Shown: piece after piece, positions 13,026 to 24,692 of the stretch
Numbering within the stretch: position 1 is the first letter of the stretch
Layout of the letters: each line of letters starts with the position of its first letter
NCBI GenBank assembly: GCA_964106915.2
Contig: OZ066919.1
Origin: Podarcis gaigeae
Taxonomy: Eukaryota
Reading direction: 5' to 3' (one strand)
DNA: 64,000 nt
Position numbers and translations under genes: made by a program
Notes under the pieces: generated by a model
Databases searched by the model: none
What the model saw: the letters and a program-made list of their open reading frames with translations, nothing else
What the model was told of the DNA's origin: nothing

Positions 13026-14767
13026 TATGGCCGGGGTATAAGTAAAAAGTTGTTGTTGTTGTTGTTGTTGTTTGCCAGGATGGAGGATAAAAGGGGTGCC
13101 CTGCACAAAAGTAAAATTTACATTCACTTCCCTGCTTACTTCATCCTCTGGCCACGCCCACCACTAGGATGTGATCGCTGAAAAGTTGCACAGGAGGTAA
13201 AGCGTCCCTTGGCTTGAAAATGCTTACTCACTGCTGCGAAAACACACATTGAAACTCTTCACATAAATTCAGCATTAAAATGTGCTCTTCCTCTCTCTTT
13301 CTCTGTTTCACATGTGGATCCAGATATAATTGTGCTTAGAGCAGTTCCAGTGAAATCAGTTAGTCAACTCAAAGCGTGACTAAGTCTGACTCCAACCCAC
13401 TGTTATCCAACCTCAGAGAATAGGCTGTTGTCTCTACTTCACAGTTAATAAAATTGAAGCTGCAGGAGAGATGGGTGGTAGTATGTTCTTTTGACCATTC
13501 CCCATCAACTAATGAAAAAGAAAATTGTATTGGAACATTATCAAAGGGGATAGAAAATTTCAAAGAAACTCCTATAGGTGGAGTGCAGGTTTGTTTGTTT
13601 GTTTGTTGCAATGCATACTTCATTTTGCAAATCATCTCTGTGGACAGGGAGGCTGCAGAGCCATAGCAAAGCATTCACCAGAAAGAAAAGCAAGTACACT
13701 TTGCCGTGATAAGCTAAGCTCAAGACCCACCAAACTTCTAAAGCAGGAACAGGGAGCTGCAGGGCCTCCAGATGTTATTGGACTACAACTCCCATCATTC
13801 CAGACTATTGCCTCGTCAGAGAAAGAGAGACAGAGATTCCCTCTTTGCATGTTCTAAGATAATCTGCCCATACACTTTTTTTAAGGCACAGAGGTTTATT
13901 TCCTCAAGACAGGAAAAAGATTGTGCAATATGCTTATGTTATCATAAGTTACATTTTCTTAATTAACAACAAAAAAACCCTCTTCTCAGAGGCTGTACAT
14001 CCCCAATAACAATATGCCCGGGTGCTAAAATTCTTGAAAACCAGAGGTGGCAGTCCTTTACAGTATGAGTAGCTGTAGAGTACTTATACTAACTTTTTAA
14101 AAAAAATAAAAGCCAGGGGTGTGTTCATGCAAATTTGATATTTTGCCTTTGGCTGTGTTTCTGCTCAAAATTTTGTTCCTCGAGTGCTTTTCTCAGGGGG
14201 TGGGGTGACCTTCCAGAACTCACCCTAACATCTACTCTTGGCTAAAGTATTCATCTATTCCCCGAATGGACTTGCTTTGTGAGCAAAATCCAGGTGCAAG
14301 TTTGACCTCTGGTATAATGAGGTTCCCTGGATACTAATTAAAATGCTGTTTTTCTCCCTCTGCAAGTCAATACTATAAACAGTAGGGCATCAGCATGCAA
14401 AGAACTTGCTTTGGTGCAGTGTGGATTTTCTAAGGCACTTTATAGGATTTAGACAAGGGGCACAAAGGCAGGATAAACTTCTGTGTAGACTCATTGTGTC
14501 ACTAAGAGCTCATTTATACATTTGGGGTGGGGGTATGGGCCCTTCATGGAATATACATGTGAATGCTATTGTGTTCATGTGCGTTCCTGCAGTGCAGAAT
14601 GCAACACGTCAGAATGAAGGGACCTCACCTAACTGTTGTACAGGGCGAGAGGTGGCAAAAGAATTATTCACATGCACCTGAATTTATGAGTTGTGGTACA
14701 GTCCTAGGAGAATGGTATGATGTCCTTTCTCTCTAGGATTAGACTGGCCCTTGGTAAAGGACCCTTT

Positions 14768-15153
14768 CACCATACCCTCCAACATTTCTCCAATGAAAAT
14801 AGGGACATCCCATTCCATAATGATAATTTTACTATTTATACCCTACATATCTTACTGGGTTGCCCCAGCCAGTCTGGGTGGCTTCCAACATATATAAAAA
14901 CGTAATAAAACATTAAACATTTGAAAAAACTTCCCTATACACGATTGCTTTCAGAAGGCTTGGGAGCTGGATAACTCCATACCCTCCAACATTTCTCAGG
15001 AGAAAATAGGAACATCCTACCATACCCTCCAACATTTATCTGATGAAAATAGGGATGTTCTAAGGTAAAGCAGTACATTCCAGGATCAAATCAGAAACCA
15101 GGATGGCTTCTCTAAATCAGGGACATCCCTGGAAAATAGGGACACTTGGAGGG
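14768..15153. mobile_element. Non-autonomous DNA-transposon-like element with an L2-type tail inserted
   Basis: CATACCCTCCAACATTT at ~14772, ~14978 and ~15021; inverted end ACTTGGAGGGT at ~15144; LINE-tail-like segment ~14845-14965. Confidence 0.45.
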
Positions 15154-15194
15154 TCTGCGTTCACTGCCCATAAGATTTGCAGCCTAATTTTCTT

Positions 15195-15410
15195 AATAAA
15201 TTTATTGCATGTATATCTCACCTTTTTCTCCAAGGACCTCAAGGTGATATACATGATTCTTCCACTTTTGTTTTTTAATCCCAACAACAAACCTGCAAGA
15301 TAGGTTAGGCTGAGGGGCAGTGACTGGCCCAAGATCTCCTAGCAAGTCTCATGGATGAGTGGGGATTTGAGGCCATATCTTCCAGGTCCTAGTCTGACAC
15401 TCTAACGCTG
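15195..15410 (-). mobile_element. MIR-like (CORE) SINE
   Basis: CAACAACAAACCTGCAAGATAGGTTAGGCTGAG...TGACTGGCCCAAG...GGGGATTTGA pattern typical of squamate MIR-like SINEs. Confidence 0.65.
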
Positions 15411-16280
15411 GCACTTTTAATCAGTGGTTACTAGCCAGGGCTGGCATACTTGTTCACCCTTTTCAGGAATGTGTTAGAAGACCAAGAGAGCTTTGACCAG
15501 TTTCTGGCCCTCCTGCCCTTGGTATGCTGCCTACAACAGAACGACAGTGGTCAAGATTTCTGCCACTGTACTGAGGAGGCCTTAACCTAGAGAGGGAGGT
15601 CCACGGCATCTTTTGGCCTCTCAGCTGCTCTCCCAAGGAGCCTCAGGTAGCTTCCTAAGCAAGTAAGCCAATATCTACCTATCGGATTGTGACCTTAAGC
15701 ATGCTTTTCTGCATCCAGGCCTTGGTCTGAAATCTCACCTAGCTGGCCGAGATTGCACTGTCCCTTTCAAGCAGGAGACTGAATTACAGGAAGAAATGAT
15801 TTCACGTACTCCCTAAGGAAATTAAAGAGGTCACATTAGAGTCATTCTGTGTCTCAGAGAATAAAGGGAGCCTGTGCTATCTACAAAGCAAAACCTCTTG
15901 TCAAATGGCTGTGTGCAGTCACAGGCGGCTTTTCCTCTGAAATGCTTCTCTTATCGCAATACAACCTTGTAGCGTACTCTGGACTTCCCTTTGTTGGGGG
16001 GGGGGGGAAGTGTATAAATAAGTGTCTCTTTTTTATATTTAAAAAAGCCTTTTATTTGTCTGATTCTGTTTTGTCTGAATGTACAATTTATTAGGTGCCA
16101 ACTGCTTTTGTATCTTGATTATTTGAAATGCAGTGTAATGAGCTGATTTCTTCCAAAATAAAAAATAAACAATTAGCCACTTCAAACACTTCATTCATGG
16201 CTATGAATGAAAAAAGAAGACAGAAAGCTGCTTTATGCCCACTCAGGTCATTGGTGCATTTGCTTCAGTATTGTTTACAC

Positions 16281-16418
16281 TAGGAACTGAGAACCTGTGG
16301 TCTTCCAGGTGATGTTGGACTCCAACTCCCATCAGCCCCAGCCATAATGGCCAGTGACCAGGGATCATGGGAATTGGAAACCAACAACATCTGGAAGGCC
16401 ACAGGTTCCCCCTCCCTG
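16281..16418. mobile_element. Palindromic hAT-type MITE
   Basis: Internal inverted repeat GAACCTGTGGTCTTCCAG...CTGGAAGGCCACAGGTTC with CCAACTCCCATC/CATGGGAATTGG arms. Confidence 0.7.
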
Positions 16419-16712
16419 GTTTAAACTGACTGGCTGCGAACATGCAGGATTTCAGACCAAAGATTTCCCCAGTTTTACTGGAAGCTGCCAGGGGTTGATT
16501 TGAACATGAGACTTTTTGCATGCAAAGCATCTATACTACCATGAGCTACAAGTATTTCATTCACATGTGGCACTGACTCTGTTAAAAAAAATCACTGCAC
16601 TTGAGGAGACACTGGATAATATTAACTGTGGACACATTCAAACATGCAATTTTTTGCTTGATCTTGTACTCATCAAGTGACAAACCTGCGCATATGAATC
16701 AAGCCTCTGCTC

Positions 16713-17501
16713 CAGTGGTTCTCAAACTTTTTTCTCTGGGGCACACTTTCAGAATAAAAAATTGCTTACACCACACTAAATTTTTTATTGATAATAAGTA
16801 CATTGGAAAAAGGAAACGAAACAACTCCTAGCAGTGCTTGTATTTATAGCATAGAACACAATGACTTTATAATATGATTGTGGGACATTGAGAAAGTATA
16901 AAACAATGCAACTACATAAGAACATCCTAAAATATAATATTGGTGGGCTTCGGGGAATCAGCTGGTAGTAAATAACAGATCAAACAAAAGGAAAGTCTTA
17001 CCAGTTAGTTTCTTTAATAAACACAGCGAGAGAGAAAAGAAACCATCTCTTTAGACTGGCGGTGCTCCCAATTAAGGTTTGCCACTCCATTCCTATTATG
17101 TAATCTATATTACTCCTACGTTTTGCAATCTGAGTTTGTACCCTCTGTGCTTTCTGTTCTAACACTCTCTGAGCTCTCCGGGTCCTTGGGGATGGGGGTT
17201 GGGAATGCTGTCCAGAGACTGTGAATCTGTTAACCCTCTCTCTTCCAGTGTTTCTTCTGCTAGCTGTTCCCCATCCAGTATTTCCCAGCTTCTGTCTATT
17301 GAACTATGCCCTTCTTCAAACCACTATTCTAAATCTATTCTAAATCCTGCTCTTGGGAAGATTCATGGTCAGGGGGAGGGGGCAGCTCCCACCATCCCTC
17401 CTCAGTGCAGTCCTCCTTAGCACAGCTTCTGACAAATATTGATTGTCCTTGAATCTTTCTGCCACACTAGTGTGGCAGGCCGCACCCTTTGAGAACCACT
17501 G
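16713..17501. mobile_element. hAT-type non-autonomous transposon containing a nested insertion
   Basis: TIRs CAGTGGTTCTCAAA / TTTGAGAACCACTG; partial 8-bp TSD CTCTGCTC / CTCTAAAC. Confidence 0.7.
16939..17422 (-). mobile_element. Probable decayed solo LTR nested in the hAT element
   Basis: Compositionally distinct ~480-bp block with near TG...CA ends (TATTG/TAGCA) and a minus-strand poly(A)-like signal near 17012-17018; no database confirmation. Confidence 0.4.
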
Positions 17502-17509
17502 CTCTAAAC

Positions 17510-17998
17510 TATAGGGAAGGGGAACCTGTGGCCTTCCAGACAAGGGCATCAACTCCCAGGAGCCAAGCCCTTTTGGCCCCCTTATATTTTGGGGGTAGGG
17601 GGCAGCCCCCCATGTGCTGCCCCCTACCCCATTCCTGAAACAATGAAGCCAAAGCATGCAGCCAAGCATGGCATGCCTCCGTGGCCAGCTCCTTCTCTTC
17701 CTCCTCCTGCTACGGAGGGAAAGGAGGGTCAAAGCTGCCTCCCACCAGTGGCAGTCGGAGGAGGGGCCACCAGGCATTGTGCCATGTGGCCGCCATGTTC
17801 AGCTCCACCCTGGCTCCTCCCAATATCCTGATGTCACACATATGACATCCCCCCAATCACCCTCACAAGCTGGCACCTTTGCCTCCAGGTGCTGTTGGAG
17901 TATAACTCCAATCTTGTCTGACCATTGGCCATGCTGGTTGGGACTGATGGGCGTTGGAGTTCAGTGAAATCTAGAGGGCTACAAATTCCCCATCCCTG
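17510..17998. mobile_element. Palindromic hAT-type MITE interrupted by a GC-rich insertion
   Basis: Left end GGGGAACCTGTGGCCTTCCAG (~17520), remainder at ~17870-17998; same family as 16281-16418. Confidence 0.5.
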
Positions 17999-18721
17999 GC
18001 CTATTCCTTGTGTATAAAAATGCAATGAGAAAGAATTTAGCAGGGTCTTTTTCACTCAGTGGCAGGCTTACTGGCAATTTGTCCGCCCCCAATAAAATGA
18101 GCAATGTCTAGCCTGGATTTCAACAGCCACTTCACTTCAAAATTCACACTAGATCCAAGTGGGGTTTTCATTGTGTTTGGCACATGGACAACATTCATCT
18201 CCTTATTTTAGTGGCTTAAATTACATTACATTGCAAATCCCTGTGAAGTTCACAGAAGCTTTTGTGGGGCTTATGGCTATTAAATATCGAGGCTGATGCA
18301 GTCAAATGATGGGGGAAGAGGGAACGAGGCTGAGTGGCAAGAGCACATGCCAGGGACACCCTCCGCCTCTGCAGTCGAATCCACTTTGTCTCTGCATAGT
18401 TGCAGCCCACCACAAATGGCAGCAGTGGCTGAAACTGCATTGCTTGGAATCTGGAATAAGCCAAGGTATCGTGCTGCAATTCTGTTGTGTTTGTGCATTA
18501 CATATTTATAGCCCTTCTAGGTTACTTGCAAGTCTCCTCGGCCTTCTTCAAACCCATTATACACGTGAGATATCTGTAGGCAAGGATGCTATTCTTAGGT
18601 TTCCACCACACAAATGCTGGGATCTGCTTCATATCTGTTGCCATTATCAGAAAAGGCAAGAAGAATTCTAGAAGGTCTTCCAAAAGGTCTTCCTTGGTCT
18701 GAAATTTTTAAACAGTCCCAT

Positions 18722-19130
18722 AGGAAGATAGGAAGCTACCTTATATTGATCCAGTCCATTGGTCCAGCCAGCTCAGTATTTCAACACTGACTGGCAGCAT
18801 CTCTCCAGGGTTTCAGGTAGGGGTCTCTCCTCTAGCCCTACCTGGAGATGCTCAACAGTCAACCTGGGATCTTCTACATGCTATACCACTGAGCAATGAC
18901 CCTTCCTTCCAAAGAAACAACAAAGAAACCTGCCTTATACAGAGTCAAAACATTGGTCCCTCTCACTCTGTATTGTTCAAACACTGCCTAATTCAGTAGT
19001 GTCTATACTGAGCAACAGCAGTACTCCAGCATTGTGTCTCTCCCAATCCTATATTGAGATTCCAGGGATTGAACCTGGGACATTAAGCACGGAAAGCAGA
19101 TGCTCTACCACTGAGCTATGAGCCCTGCCC
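18722..19130 (-). mobile_element. Two adjacent copies of a tRNA-derived SINE
   Basis: GGGATTGAACCTGGGAC...TGCTCTACCACTGAGCTA (reverse complement of A/B boxes) with shared 3' part CCTTATACAGAGTC...CATTGGTCC; copies ~18722-18905 and ~18930-19130. Confidence 0.7.
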
Positions 19131-20680
19131 GTGCCCCTGGGAGATTTCTTCACTACAGTTTTCTCTACTTTCTTGCCCAGTCACATATACTCCTTCACCA
19201 ATTGGGAGAGACTTAAGATTTGCATTCTGAGGCCAACTCTTTATGTTTGCTTCTCACGAACTTGAGTGTGACTTTTTCCATGAACTCAATTCAGTTGGGT
19301 TGTGCACGTGTAGCCCCAGGAGACTTTGCCTCCTAGTGGCAAACGTAGAGAATGGGCTTGCATTTTCAAAAGCTTGGTTTCTCCCTTCACCCTGTTGCAT
19401 GCACAACTCATGACTTCGCCACCCAATGGCAGATGAAGAGAACTGTCTTCCTTATCTGCATAAACCCATCTGTACAGTTATTTTGGGAATAATTCCCGTT
19501 GTTTCACAGCAGCTTTTCAACGACGCCAGATGTCGCAGAATGTGGTTAAGCAATCACAGTGGCAGAGTTTGTTAATTAGTTACTCTGTGCCATTTTGTTG
19601 TTGACACTCTTGCCTTTAGGAAAAATTCAAAGGGCTAAAAGTTCATTCATTTCAAGCACATATGAGGGTGACTCACTTCCATATGATTTTTTCTGTGTTC
19701 ACAGATCCAGTTTTGTAAGTTTTGAAAAACTGGATGAATTCCCCCCCCCCCCACCTTGCCTCCTGACTTTGGCAATCAGTGGTCTATAGACAGGAAGAGA
19801 GGCTACAGTACGTCCAGGGAATCCAAGAAAGTATTTTTCATTTGCAATGACAAGTTTTAATCATTTATCTATCTATATATTATCTCTGCTACATAGCTTC
19901 ATATCTCTAGCAACACACTCTATTCCCCTCCCCTCTGACACACACCATTTCCCAAAGCAAGCCAGACAGAAATCTTCCAGATGACAATATCTGCTCATCA
20001 GGAGTTTGACCTTGCTCTATCTCTTAAGGCACAAATCACAGCTGATGGGAACCAGCCGCAAAGGCAACCCAGATGCTACATGTGGAACTAGCTAGGAGCC
20101 AGGCATAGCTGATTCTTGCGCTTCTCTGCTGCGTACATGAAATGGCAACGTTTGGCAGCTGGGTGCTACAGATGCTGATTGCAACCTCCTGTGGCCCATG
20201 GGGTTGGCTCCACAGTTGATTATAAATATCAGAGTGACAAAGGGGGGAAATGGGATGAAATTCAGTATCCAAGCACCACCAGCGAATATCAGGCATGGTC
20301 TGCAGGCCAACTCTGCCTTGTTATTAAAAGGCTCTTTCTAGATGAACTGCTTTTGTCCTGGGCTGGGCCCAAGTAAGGGTGAGGAAAGTAGTATACCTTG
20401 GGCCTTGAGATCCAAAGGGACCTGGCTCAGGCTGCATGGCTCTGTCTGTGTTATCAAGAACTGGTTTTTCTTTTCTTTTTAAAATGAAAGACTATTGTTA
20501 CTATGTAATTATCACCATCTTTACTTTCTGCATTTCACATGTTTCACTGTTTATTAGGGATGGGGGAATTTGCCAGTTTCAGTTTCCCACAGTTTTTCAT
20601 TTTTCCAGTCTTAGGTTTGGTTTTTCTACATTTCAACATCAGTTGAAAAAAAATTCCCATGCAAAATCCTCAGTATTTCA

Positions 20681-20684
<4 letters not shown>

Positions 20685-20736
<52 letters not shown>
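20685..20736. repeat. Compound (CT)n(AT)n microsatellite
   Basis: Directly visible. Confidence 0.95.
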
Positions 20737-21017
20737 GCATGCAATTTTGCCTAATGTCTGCATTTTGCCAAAGCAATCTCCCCCCACTTTAATGCTATTT
20801 TTACTAATATGTGAATTTGTAGGCATACTTTACCCTAGTATATTACTTGGGTGGAGAAGTGCATTGCAAAATTCAGTAATTCAAGGGCTAGCTGTGTTTT
20901 GGTTCACATATTGTTTCAGGAAGTGTGAATTTTGGTATGTTCACCTTACAATGCAAACTGAACTGAATTCCTCCCCTTTCCTTCCTGTTTACAATATTGC
21001 TCCTCCAACCAACTATG

Positions 21018-21094
21018 TACAGTGGTACCTCAGGTTACATACACTTCAGGTTACATACGCTCCAGGTTACAGACTGCGCTAACCCAGAAATAGT
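21018..21094 (+). mobile_element. Tc1/mariner (Tigger-like) MITE, left end only
   Basis: TA-CAGTGGTACCTCAGGTTAC; same family as 49773-50024. Confidence 0.8.
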
Positions 21095-21151
21095 GAAAAC
21101 AAAAAAAAATCCTTCCAGTAGCACCTTAAAGACCAACTAAGTTAGTTCTTG

Positions 21152-21189
21152 GTATGAGCTTTCGTGTGCATGCACACTTCTTCAGATAC
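21152..21189 (-). ncRNA. Minimal type I hammerhead ribozyme in Penelope pseudo-LTR
   Basis: Minus strand GTAT-CTGAAGA-A-GTGTGCATGCACAC-GAAA-GCTC-ATAC; both catalytic boxes intact, stems I and II perfect; predicted cut between 21156 and 21155. Confidence 0.78.
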
Positions 21190-21369
21190 ACTGAAACAGA
21201 AGTTGCCAGACCCTTCTATATAGTGAGAAGGTGGGGAGGGGTATTACTCAGAAGGGTGGTGGGAATGGGTGATTGGCAGATAGCTGTGATGAGCCTGTTG
21301 ACGACTCTTAACGACTGCAATAGGTCTTACAGGAAAAAGCAAGGGGTGAGAAGGTGAAAAATGGCTTTG

Positions 21370-22341
21370 TCATGTATAATGAGATAAGAATCCAAGGTCT
21401 TTGTTCAGACCAGGTCTCTCCATGGTTTTAAGTTTGGTGATAAGTTGCAATTCAGCAGCTTCTCTTTCCAGTCTATTTCTGAAATTCCTTTGTAGTAAAA
21501 CAGCTACTTTGAGATCTTGTATAGAATGTCCTGGGAGATTGAAGTGTTCTCCTACTGGTTTCTCTGTCTTGTGATTCCTGATGTCCGATTTATGTCCGTT
21601 TATTCTTTGGCGTAAGGTCTGGCCTGTTTGTCCAATATTGAGAGCTGAAGGACACTGTTGGCATTTGATGGCATACACAATGTTAGACGATGAGCAATTA
21701 AATAGTCCCGAGATGGTATGTGTGATGTTGTTGGGGCCAGTAATGGTGTTGTCCGGGTGTATGTGGCAGCAAAGTTGGCATCTGGGTTTATTGCAGGCTC
21801 TGGTGCCAGTGTCCGTGTTAGGTCTGGTTGTAGTATTATTGTGGGTTAGGAGTTGTTTCAGATTGGGTGGCTGTCTGTAGGCAATGAAAGGTCTTCCTCC
21901 CAGAGCTTGAGAAAGAGAACTGTCATTGTCCAGGAGAGGTTGTAGATCTCTGATGATGCGTTGTACTGTTTTAACTTGGGAGCTGTATGTGATGACTAGA
22001 GGTGTTCTGTTATTTTCTTTTTTGGGTCTGTCTTGCAGCAAGTTCTCTCTGGGTATCAGTCTGGCTCTGTTGATCTGTTGTCTAACTTCATCTGCTGGGT
22101 ATTTTAGTTCTAAAAAGGTTTGCTGTAGATCTCTTAGGTGAGAGTCTCTGTCTGTAGAATTGGAACAGATGCGGCTGTAACGTAGTGCCTGGCTATATAC
22201 AATGGACTGTTTGGTATGTTTGGGATGGTAGCTAGAGGCATGTAGATATGTTTGTCGGTCAGTTGGTTTACGGTATAAGGTGGTGTCTATGCGCCCATCC
22301 TGTATTTTTATAGTAGTGTCCAAAAAATGTATTTCCTGCAT
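21370..22341 (-). pseudogene. Penelope polyprotein fragment (RT C-terminus + GIY-YIG endonuclease)
   Basis: FLDTTI, LYRKPTD, YLHASSYHP, SQALRY, CxxxxCxxC, NIVYAIKC-xxC...NIGQT...RINGH, HF, REAAE, GLN; open for ~320 codons, RT core missing. Confidence 0.92.
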
Positions 22342-22386
22342 AGATGCATAGATGCAAGTGCTATTTTTTGATGTGACAGAATAATA

Positions 22387-22534
22387 GAACACGAGATGGT
22401 TGGACAGTGTTCTCGAAGCTACAAACATGAGTCTGACCAAACTGCGGGAGGCGGTGGAAGACAGGAGTGCCTGGTGTGCTCTGGTCCATGAGGTCACAAA
22501 GAGTCGGACACGACTAAACGACTAAACAACAACA
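22387..22534 (+). mobile_element. Bov-B (RTE clade) LINE 3' fragment
   Basis: GAGATGGTTGGACAG...GAGTCGGACACGACTAAACGACTAAACAACAAC; perfect 24-bp TSD ATTTTTTGATGTGACAGAATAATA at 22363-22386 and 22535-22558. Confidence 0.9.
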
Positions 22535-22654
22535 ATTTTTTGATGTGACAGAATAATACAGCTACCCCTCTGGACATTATGCATCCATTCCATCAATGCA
22601 AGGATTCACTCTCGTGCGACAGAACTCCCGACTCCTGCCTCCCTAAATCTGCTA

Positions 22655-22793
22655 CATAATCATAGTTTTGGAAAAGGACCACAAGGGTAATCTAGTACAA
22701 GCCCCTGCAATGTAGGGATCTTTTTGCCCAGTGTGGGGCTCAAACCCATGATCTTGAAATTAAGAGTCTCATGCTCTATCAACTGAGCTATCC
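22655..22793 (-). mobile_element. tRNA-Lys(CTT)-derived SINE with CR1-like tail
   Basis: Minus strand TAGCTCAGTTGATAGAGCATGAGACTCTTAAT...GGGTTTGAGCCCCAC, then a CR1-type 3' end. Confidence 0.75.
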
Positions 22794-24099
22794 TACAGGG
22801 TTAGGGTTGTGGGTTACCCCATAACAGATTTAGGGGGCACACAGGGAGAGGAGATGGGAGGAGTTCCACTGCTGCCCTGTGTGTACTTACTTCCCTGAAT
22901 TCTGTGTACCAACTGGGCCTTTTTCTTTTTAACTATTCTCTATAAATTAGCAGTTCAGGAGTTTTCTGTAGCTGAAGGTCAGGTGCATCTATATAATTGT
23001 GTCTATATCTGTTTCTGTCTTTCTGTAAACCTGAACTGAAAGCTGAAAAGTTTTGGTTTAATCATTTGCTTTCATCTTTTGAAATGCTGCCTTACAACAA
23101 GTGGCAAATACCACAGAGGTATAAAGTGATTCTCTTCAGCTCTGTTTTCTTTCATCTTCCTCCGTTTCCCCTCAACACACACTCAGGAGGAAGCCCTGCT
23201 CTTTTCAGATGTCACCTTTGGCAATAAGGGGAAAGTGATCACAGAACTTCTTGTCTCATGCTCTGACTTTCAATGCAAAGGATGATCAGTAGTACCAGAA
23301 ATCCTAGGAGGTCTCTCCTGGGGCGGGGAGTTTAAAGGAGCACTGCTTGACTTCCAGGTGCTGTTTGTTTTAAATTCCTGTTCTTTGCAGATCACGTAAC
23401 AACTATCTTTCTCTTGCTCTTAAAACCTTCAAGATTGCAGCTCCTATTTTCTACCTGCCCCACACATGAAGGCACATGTGTCTATCAAAACAAAAAGCTA
23501 GCTACACTTTTGTTGCATGCCCAAGTGCCAATGTTCATTCAGATACCCATTCATTCATTTATCTGCTTCGTCCTCTCTGCTTCTCTCCAGGAATTATCAT
23601 AGCACTTATCACTGCAATATCTGAAATAAAAAACGACAGCAAAAATGGTCAATTTGGCAAATAGCTTTCATTCATAAAAAATAAAAAAGGCATTGTAGGT
23701 AGGTCAGATGAAAACGGATTGGGCCCTGTGCCAAGGATAATGATATCAGGGTTTAAATTTAGATCCTTACAGCAGAGGTGCTTGAAAATGTTAATTGCTA
23801 GGGCAGTTCCCGCCTATGTCCCTGCTTATATGCATAATGCTTACTTAGCAGAGATTCCCTATGGCATATATGATATATGTGTTTCGAGTCTGATAGGGCT
23901 GCCTGTGTGGATTTGGAAAAGGTGCCATGACAGCTGGCAGATGGGTCCATGGGTGGGAGGTGGGTGAATTATGTTGAGTGAACGGTGAGTGCCTACACAG
24001 ATCCCTTCAACAGCAAAAGAGAATCAGGAGATGATAAGCAAAAAGGAAAACATTGGCATGCTGCATGTGCAGTGCCAGGTTTGTGTATAAGCTAAACAA

Positions 24100-24692
24100 T
24101 CTATAGCTTAGGGCTCCACTCTCTTGGGGGCCCCCCAAAAATATACTTCTTCTTTATTGTATTTCACTATTAATATACGTCTTCTTAATTGTATTTTGGT
24201 TCAACAATTACTTTGATAAAATACATATTTTGTTATGTGCAAATGGCTTTAGATACCTATTAGGTCCATTAATAGGGACGCGGGTGGCGCTGTGGTCTAA
24301 ACCACAGAGCCTAGGGCTTGCCAATCAGAAGGTCAGTGGTTCAAATCCCCGCCACAGGGTGAGCTCCTATTGCTCGGTCCCAGCTCACAGCGTTTCCGTG
24401 CGCTGCTCTGGTTGGCCAGAAGTAGCTTAGTCATGCTGGCCACATGACCCGGAAGCTGTACACCGGCTCCCTTGGCCAATAAAGTGAGATGAGCGCCGCA
24501 ACCCCAGAGTCGGTCACAACTGGACCTAATGGTCAGGGGTCCCTTTACCTTTACCTAGGTTCATAAATTACCATATAGGATATATTCAGCACAAAAAGCG
24601 ACAATTTGTTGTTGACAAAGGACAGCTGGACATATGAAGGGCCCCGTTACCTTCAGTAGCTGAGGGCCTCATCAAGCCTAAATCTGGCCCTG
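24100..24692. mobile_element. DNA-transposon-like element hosting a Sauria SINE
   Basis: Ends in CCTAAATCTGGCCCTG (hAT-like terminus); internal TAGCTTAGGGC / TAGCTGAGGGC repeats; left end unclear. Confidence 0.4.
24275..24556 (+). mobile_element. Sauria SINE with internal deletion
   Basis: GGGACGCGGGTGGCGCTGTGG head, CCCTTTACCTTTACCT tail; imperfect TSD TAGGTCCATTAA / TAGGTTCATAAA. Confidence 0.9.

Larger units (their letters stand above)
21095..22345 (-). mobile_element. Penelope-like retroelement, 5'-truncated
   Basis: RT C-terminus plus GIY-YIG endonuclease ORF, 3' UTR and pseudo-LTR end with hammerhead motif. Confidence 0.95.

Noticed and set aside
14770-15040. Three spaced CATACCCTCCAACATTT repeats as a CRISPR-like array
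   Set aside because: Irregular spacing in a vertebrate genome; explained by a transposon terminus plus a nested insertion
21370-22497. 375-aa ORF as an intact gene
   Set aside because: The first ~52 codons are antisense Bov-B and flank; the rest is a truncated Penelope lacking the RT core
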